In this document: one piece after another, positions 6,618 to 10,036 of the stretch
Layout of the letters: the number at the start of each line of letters is the position of its first letter
How positions within the stretch are numbered: the stretch's first letter is position 1
NCBI GenBank assembly: GCA_043767805.1
Contig: JAYUGC010000153.1
Coordinates: forward strand, 1-10,036
DNA length: 10,036 nt
Source: Pseudomonadota bacterium
Lineage (GTDB): Bacteria > Bdellovibrionota > FAC87 > UBA2466
Reading direction: 5' to 3'
The notes under the pieces: model-generated
Database searches by the model: none
Told to the model about the DNA's origin: nothing
The model's input: only the letters and a program-made list of their open reading frames with translations
Position numbers and translations under genes: made by a program

Positions 6618-7037
6618 TTACTTTCGGGAGAAAGTGCAGCTGTAGGCGTCTTTCAAGAGCGCGAGCGTCTGAATTTCCTTGAGCGCTTTCAGATAGCGGT
6701 TGTACTGGACGGTGAGGGCGCTGATCCATTGTTCTTCGCCCGTCACTTCGTACTTACAAAGGGTCTTTGCCGTCGACTGCGCCAGCTTGCCGAGGTCCGC
6801 ACCGACTTCGTCGCCGGGGAGGAACGTCTCGTAATATTCGTCGAGGAAAATGCGGATCTGACGGATCTGATCGACCCAAAGGGACTCACAACCGGAGCCC
6901 GTGCAGCTGCCGAGCAGGCTGGAGAAACGGTTCAGGCGCCCGCAGAAACGACGGCCAGGTTGATCCGCGCAAGTCAGCGGAGCGGCCGAGGCCAGGGACG
7001 CGGACACCAGGAAAAACACAACGAGTAATGGCTTCAT
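6618..7037 (-). CDS. Small secreted Cys-rich hypothetical protein, 139 aa
   Basis: GGAGGAG RBS before ATG 7037; signal peptide MKPLLVVFFLVSASLASA; six Cys in the mature part; lies directly downstream of the M28 peptidase on the same strand. Confidence 0.8.
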   Translation of the reverse strand: MKPLLVVFFLVSASLASAAPLTCADQPGRRFCGRLNRFSSLLGSCTGSGCESLWVDQIRQIRIFLDEYYETFLPGDEVGADLGKLAQSTAKTLCKYEVTGEEQWISALTVQYNRYLKALKEIQTLALLKDAYSCTFSRK

Positions 7038-7066
7038 GGGACTCTCCTCCATTTGAGACTATCGAT

Positions 7067-8269
7067 CTACTTCTTGAAACCTTCTAGCTCGCCCAGTTCG
7101 CCCAGGAAAGCGAGCGCCGTCTTGACGAAACGAAAGGCGTGCGCCTGACTCAAGAACGCCATGGTGTCGTCTTTCGTGTGAAGTCGGCGATTCATGCCGC
7201 CGAACGAGGCTTCGAACGGAGTGACGACGGGAATTCCCGCCCGGTGCCAGTTCGCGTGATCGCTGCACGCATAGCCACAGGCGGTATAGCCGACCTTCGC
7301 TTCGCCCACGTACTTTTGGATGAGCTGGGCCGTCGTCTTGGTGAGCTCGTCGTTCGTGTAGTCGGTCACGAGATAAATGTCGTTTTGATCCTTCGGGGAT
7401 TTGTAGCCGACCATGTCCAGTTGCATGGCGGCGCGCACCGACATCTTGTTCTGGGCAAAGTATTGCACGACCCGGCTGGAGCCGACGAGCCCGCGCTCTT
7501 CGGCGGCATACCAGATGAAGTAGAGGTCCCTCTTGAACCGGCCTTGAGTGGCAGCCGCGGTGGTCAAAGCTTCCATGACGGCGGCCGCGCCGCTGCCGTC
7601 ATCATCGGCGCCGGGCTTGTCCTTCGTGTACGTATCGAGATGACCTCCCAAGACGATGCCGCCAAGGGTGGGATCCGAGCCGGGGATCATGGCGACCACC
7701 GACGGCTGGGGATACCCTTTGTCCGTTTGAATCATGAGAGTGCGAAAGCCCTGAATGCGCTTGCCCACTTGTTTCGCGTATTGCTCCACGAACTGGGCGG
7801 CCTGCACGCCGGTCTCGCTGGTGGCCGAGCGATCGTTGAAACGAGTGAGCTGAGTGAGAAATTCCCAGAACCGTACGGGATTGCCGCTGTCGACGAGACC
7901 TACCACTGAAGCGCGCGGCTGAATCCGAAAACCAAAGGTTGGCGTGCGTTGACCCCGCCGAGTGAGCTCTCGCAAGACGATGGCCGCAGGGCTCATGCCC
8001 TGGCTCACGGTCCGGCTCACGTCGACGAATCCGCCGCAGGCGCCGAAGTAACGATGCACTTGAGTGCTCCAGCGTTCCACTTCGCTAGACGGGATGCGAA
8101 CCACGGAGACACCGTCTTGAGTGTAGAGAAGCTGGTCGGGGCGAATAAGCGTCGTTAGTCCGGCAATCGGTTCCAGTAAAAGCAAATGCCTTTCGGAAAC
8201 GGCCCAAGCCTTTGGTGCCCCGATTCCACAAACCAAAAGCGCCAACAAAAGATTCTGCAGTTGTACCAT
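7067..8269 (-). CDS. Secreted M28 family (bacterial leucyl aminopeptidase-type) Zn peptidase, 400 aa
   Basis: Signal peptide plus prodomain; motifs GGHLDT, PGADDDGSG, AAEERGLVGS, QLDMVG, CGYACSDH and LHTKDD match the Vibrio-type aminopeptidase pattern. Confidence 0.93.
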   Translation of the reverse strand: MVQLQNLLLALLVCGIGAPKAWAVSERHLLLLEPIAGLTTLIRPDQLLYTQDGVSVVRIPSSEVERWSTQVHRYFGACGGFVDVSRTVSQGMSPAAIVLRELTRRGQRTPTFGFRIQPRASVVGLVDSGNPVRFWEFLTQLTRFNDRSATSETGVQAAQFVEQYAKQVGKRIQGFRTLMIQTDKGYPQPSVVAMIPGSDPTLGGIVLGGHLDTYTKDKPGADDDGSGAAAVMEALTTAAATQGRFKRDLYFIWYAAEERGLVGSSRVVQYFAQNKMSVRAAMQLDMVGYKSPKDQNDIYLVTDYTNDELTKTTAQLIQKYVGEAKVGYTACGYACSDHANWHRAGIPVVTPFEASFGGMNRRLHTKDDTMAFLSQAHAFRFVKTALAFLGELGELEGFKK

Positions 8270-8296
8270 TTTGCCCCCAATCCTCTAGGAAACGAG

Positions 8297-8326
8297 AGTG
8301 TTTCTCTTCGGGGATCAGATTGTCAA
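8297..8326 (-). promoter_or_regulatory. Possible sigma70 promoter for the aminopeptidase
   Basis: Exact TTGACA on the minus strand (8326-8321); only a weak -10 (AACACT, 8302-8297) at 18-nt spacing. Confidence 0.3.
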
Positions 8327-8378
8327 ATCGCCAGACCGGGAGTGTGGACAAGCGTTCCAAAGCGTTGGAGAATGCGGC

Positions 8379-8759
8379 ATGCGTCAGGGGTTAGTGGCCG
8401 TCACGATTGTCGTTTTTTATCTCGGGATCCTCGGATCTCGCTCTCATATCGTCGCCCATCTCGGAACGGCCATCTGTTTGAGTCCGCGCGTTTTCGAATC
8501 GGGCCCCGAACGCTCCGTGCTTCCGCTTCCCGTGCAGGCCGCGCTTTCGTTACTGGATCGGACCGAAGGGGCGGAGTATCGCCTCTCTTCCGGTTTCATG
8601 AAGGACGGTCTTCTCATCCAACGCTTAGTGGAATCGGCTTGGCCAAAGCGACAGCGAGACACAGCGCGTTTGTGGATCGGATTACCTTCCGAGTCCTTGC
8701 CCGAAGGCTGTACCGCCTCCGACACTGAAAAGGAGGCGCGTCTTGCTCACTGCCTATAG
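8379..8759 (+). CDS. Hypothetical protein with N-terminal membrane anchor, 126 aa
   Basis: GGAG (8367-8370) before ATG 8379; hydrophobic LVAVTIVVFYLGILG; overlaps the start of the next gene. Confidence 0.7.
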   Translation: MRQGLVAVTIVVFYLGILGSRSHIVAHLGTAICLSPRVFESGPERSVLPLPVQAALSLLDRTEGAEYRLSSGFMKDGLLIQRLVESAWPKRQRDTARLWIGLPSESLPEGCTASDTEKEARLAHCL

Positions 8760-10036
8760 CGCGATGGCGATCGGCTTTTTCTATTTCAGGGGGTTGGGCA
8801 CTCTTCTATTTCCGCGGGCAAAGGAGAGTCGCGGCGCCGAATGGGCGAGGTCCGCGGGCGAAGAGTTTGCCGCCGGACTTCTCGTGCATCTGACTTTGGC
8901 CCTTGTCTCTCCTTCGTTGACGTTTTCGATCGGCGTGGGGTTGGTGGCGAGCGCCGCCGGCTGGTTCCTGAGAAGACCTAGAGTGTGGCGATTGCCTCTC
9001 GGCCCCTCGCTTTGCTTATTCGCGCTCTTTTCCCTTTTTCTGATTCGGCAAGTCGCCGAGCCGCTGTCACTTTGGGACGCGCGATCCATATGGTTCCTGC
9101 ACGCTCGTCTCATTCATTTCGCGGGCGGCGTGGTAACTTCCGACTGGCTCGATCCTTCCGTCACTTGGGCACACAACGACTATCCCAAGCTGCTTCCGGT
9201 TCTCGCCGCCAGCGTTTCCAAAGTTTTTGGTTTTTGGAACGACTATCTGCCAAAACTTTCTCTCGGTCTGCTTTTACTGCCAGCCCTTTTGATGCTTCCC
9301 GCTCTTTGGGCTTCCCTCCTGGGAGGGGCTTGGTTCACGCTCACTTTGATCTTTCCCGATATTCCTCTTTATACCGAGGGCTACACGGACGGTTTCGTCG
9401 CGCTGTACGCCGCAATCGCGGCGCTTCGCCTCTTGCGCTGGGCCCAAGAAGGCGACGAGAACGACCTGCGAAGTGCCTTGTTGTGGCTTGCCGTTTGCGC
9501 CTGCCTCAAAAACGAGGGGGTTTTAATTGCCGCCGTGCTTTGTGGCTCGGCTCTCGTCGTCAAACTGCGAAAGCCTGGCTCGCTAGCTGGCCTCATTTAT
9601 TGGATACCTTTCCTGGTATGGTCCCTCGAGAAAAAAATCTGGGGACTGGATAAAATTGATCCGCTGATTCGTCCCGGGTTTTTTAGCCGAGTCGGTGCGG
9701 AACTCGCCCAAGGGAGTCTGAGTGTACTTCTTCCTGATCTAGTCTCTGCCGGGCATCTTGGCCTGGCATGTATCGCTCTTTTGATCTCGGCGTTCTGGAC
9801 GGATCGCAGGGCGGTCGCCTATTTCGCGGGTGCTACCGCGCTCTATCTGTTCGCCCTCTGCCTCGTCTATCTTGGCAGCCCTTACGGATTTGCCTGGCAT
9901 GTGAAGACGAGTCTGGACCGCACCATTCTGGTGCCGAGAGCACTTTGCTTCGCGGGCATCTACTGGAGCATCGTCTTCAGGGTCCAGACGGCGAGGAGCG
10001 ACTGGCCGAAGGGCAGCTTCAGCCGGTTGTGGATGA
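8743..10036 (+). CDS. Polytopic membrane protein, GT-C-type glycosyltransferase-like (3' end outside window; absent from ORF track)
   Basis: AGGAGG (8731-8736), 6 nt, then TTG 8743. Frame +1 is open to the window end with many hydrophobic segments and the motifs WDARSIWFLHAR, HNDYPKLLP, WNDYLPK, GYTDG, LKNEG and YLGSPYGFAWHVKTSLDR. Confidence 0.85.
   Translation, partial: MLTAYSAMAIGFFYFRGLGTLLFPRAKESRGAEWARSAGEEFAAGLLVHLTLALVSPSLTFSIGVGLVASAAGWFLRRPRVWRLPLGPSLCLFALFSLFLIRQVAEPLSLWDARSIWFLHARLIHFAGGVVTSDWLDPSVTWAHNDYPKLLPVLAASVSKVFGFWNDYLPKLSLGLLLLPALLMLPALWASLLGGAWFTLTLIFPDIPLYTEGYTDGFVALYAAIAALRLLRWAQEGDENDLRSALLWLAVCACLKNEGVLIAAVLCGSALVVKLRKPGSLAGLIYWIPFLVWSLEKKIWGLDKIDPLIRPGFFSRVGAELAQGSLSVLLPDLVSAGHLGLACIALLISAFWTDRRAVAYFAGATALYLFALCLVYLGSPYGFAWHVKTSLDRTILVPRALCFAGIYWSIVFRVQTARSDWPKGSFSRLWM
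9960..10036 (-). CDS. Probable 3' end of a convergent gene (class I SAM methyltransferase-like C-terminus), partial
   Basis: The minus strand reads ...IHNRLKLPFGQSLLAVWTLKTMLQ* (TAG 9962-9960) with C/G-ending codons. PFGQSLLAV resembles the terminal strand of glycosylation-cluster methyltransferases. Confidence 0.5.
   Translation of the reverse strand, partial: IHNRLKLPFGQSLLAVWTLKTMLQ

Noticed and set aside
8985..9653. 222-aa + strand ORF
   Set aside because: Arg/Ser-rich out-of-frame shadow of the membrane protein starting at 8743.

Overview
Bacterial window that mixes housekeeping metabolism with several secreted orphan proteins. A Bdellovibrionota/deltaproteobacterium-like origin is inferred only loosely, from gene style. 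In order, the window holds: a 202-nt element with a perfect 59-bp inverted repeat (4-62 / 147-205) that encloses four small hairpins and covers the RBS and start codon of a 488-aa secreted helical protein; a UUCG terminator; a structured ~430-nt intergenic region with c-di-GMP-I (GEMM)-like motifs; and a secreted HExxH metalloprotease with a C-terminal Ig-like domain. Next come an unlisted 33-aa Tyr-rich sORF and a coupled run of 3-hydroxybutyryl-CoA dehydrogenase, a hypothetical protein, a stand-alone B12-binding mutase subunit and a secreted kinase-like protein. On the minus strand lie a small Cys-rich secreted protein and an M28 aminopeptidase. The window ends with a small membrane-anchored protein and a GT-C-like polytopic membrane protein missing from the ORF track, whose 3' end overlaps a probable convergent gene. 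The most unusual signal is the long inverted repeat at the window start.
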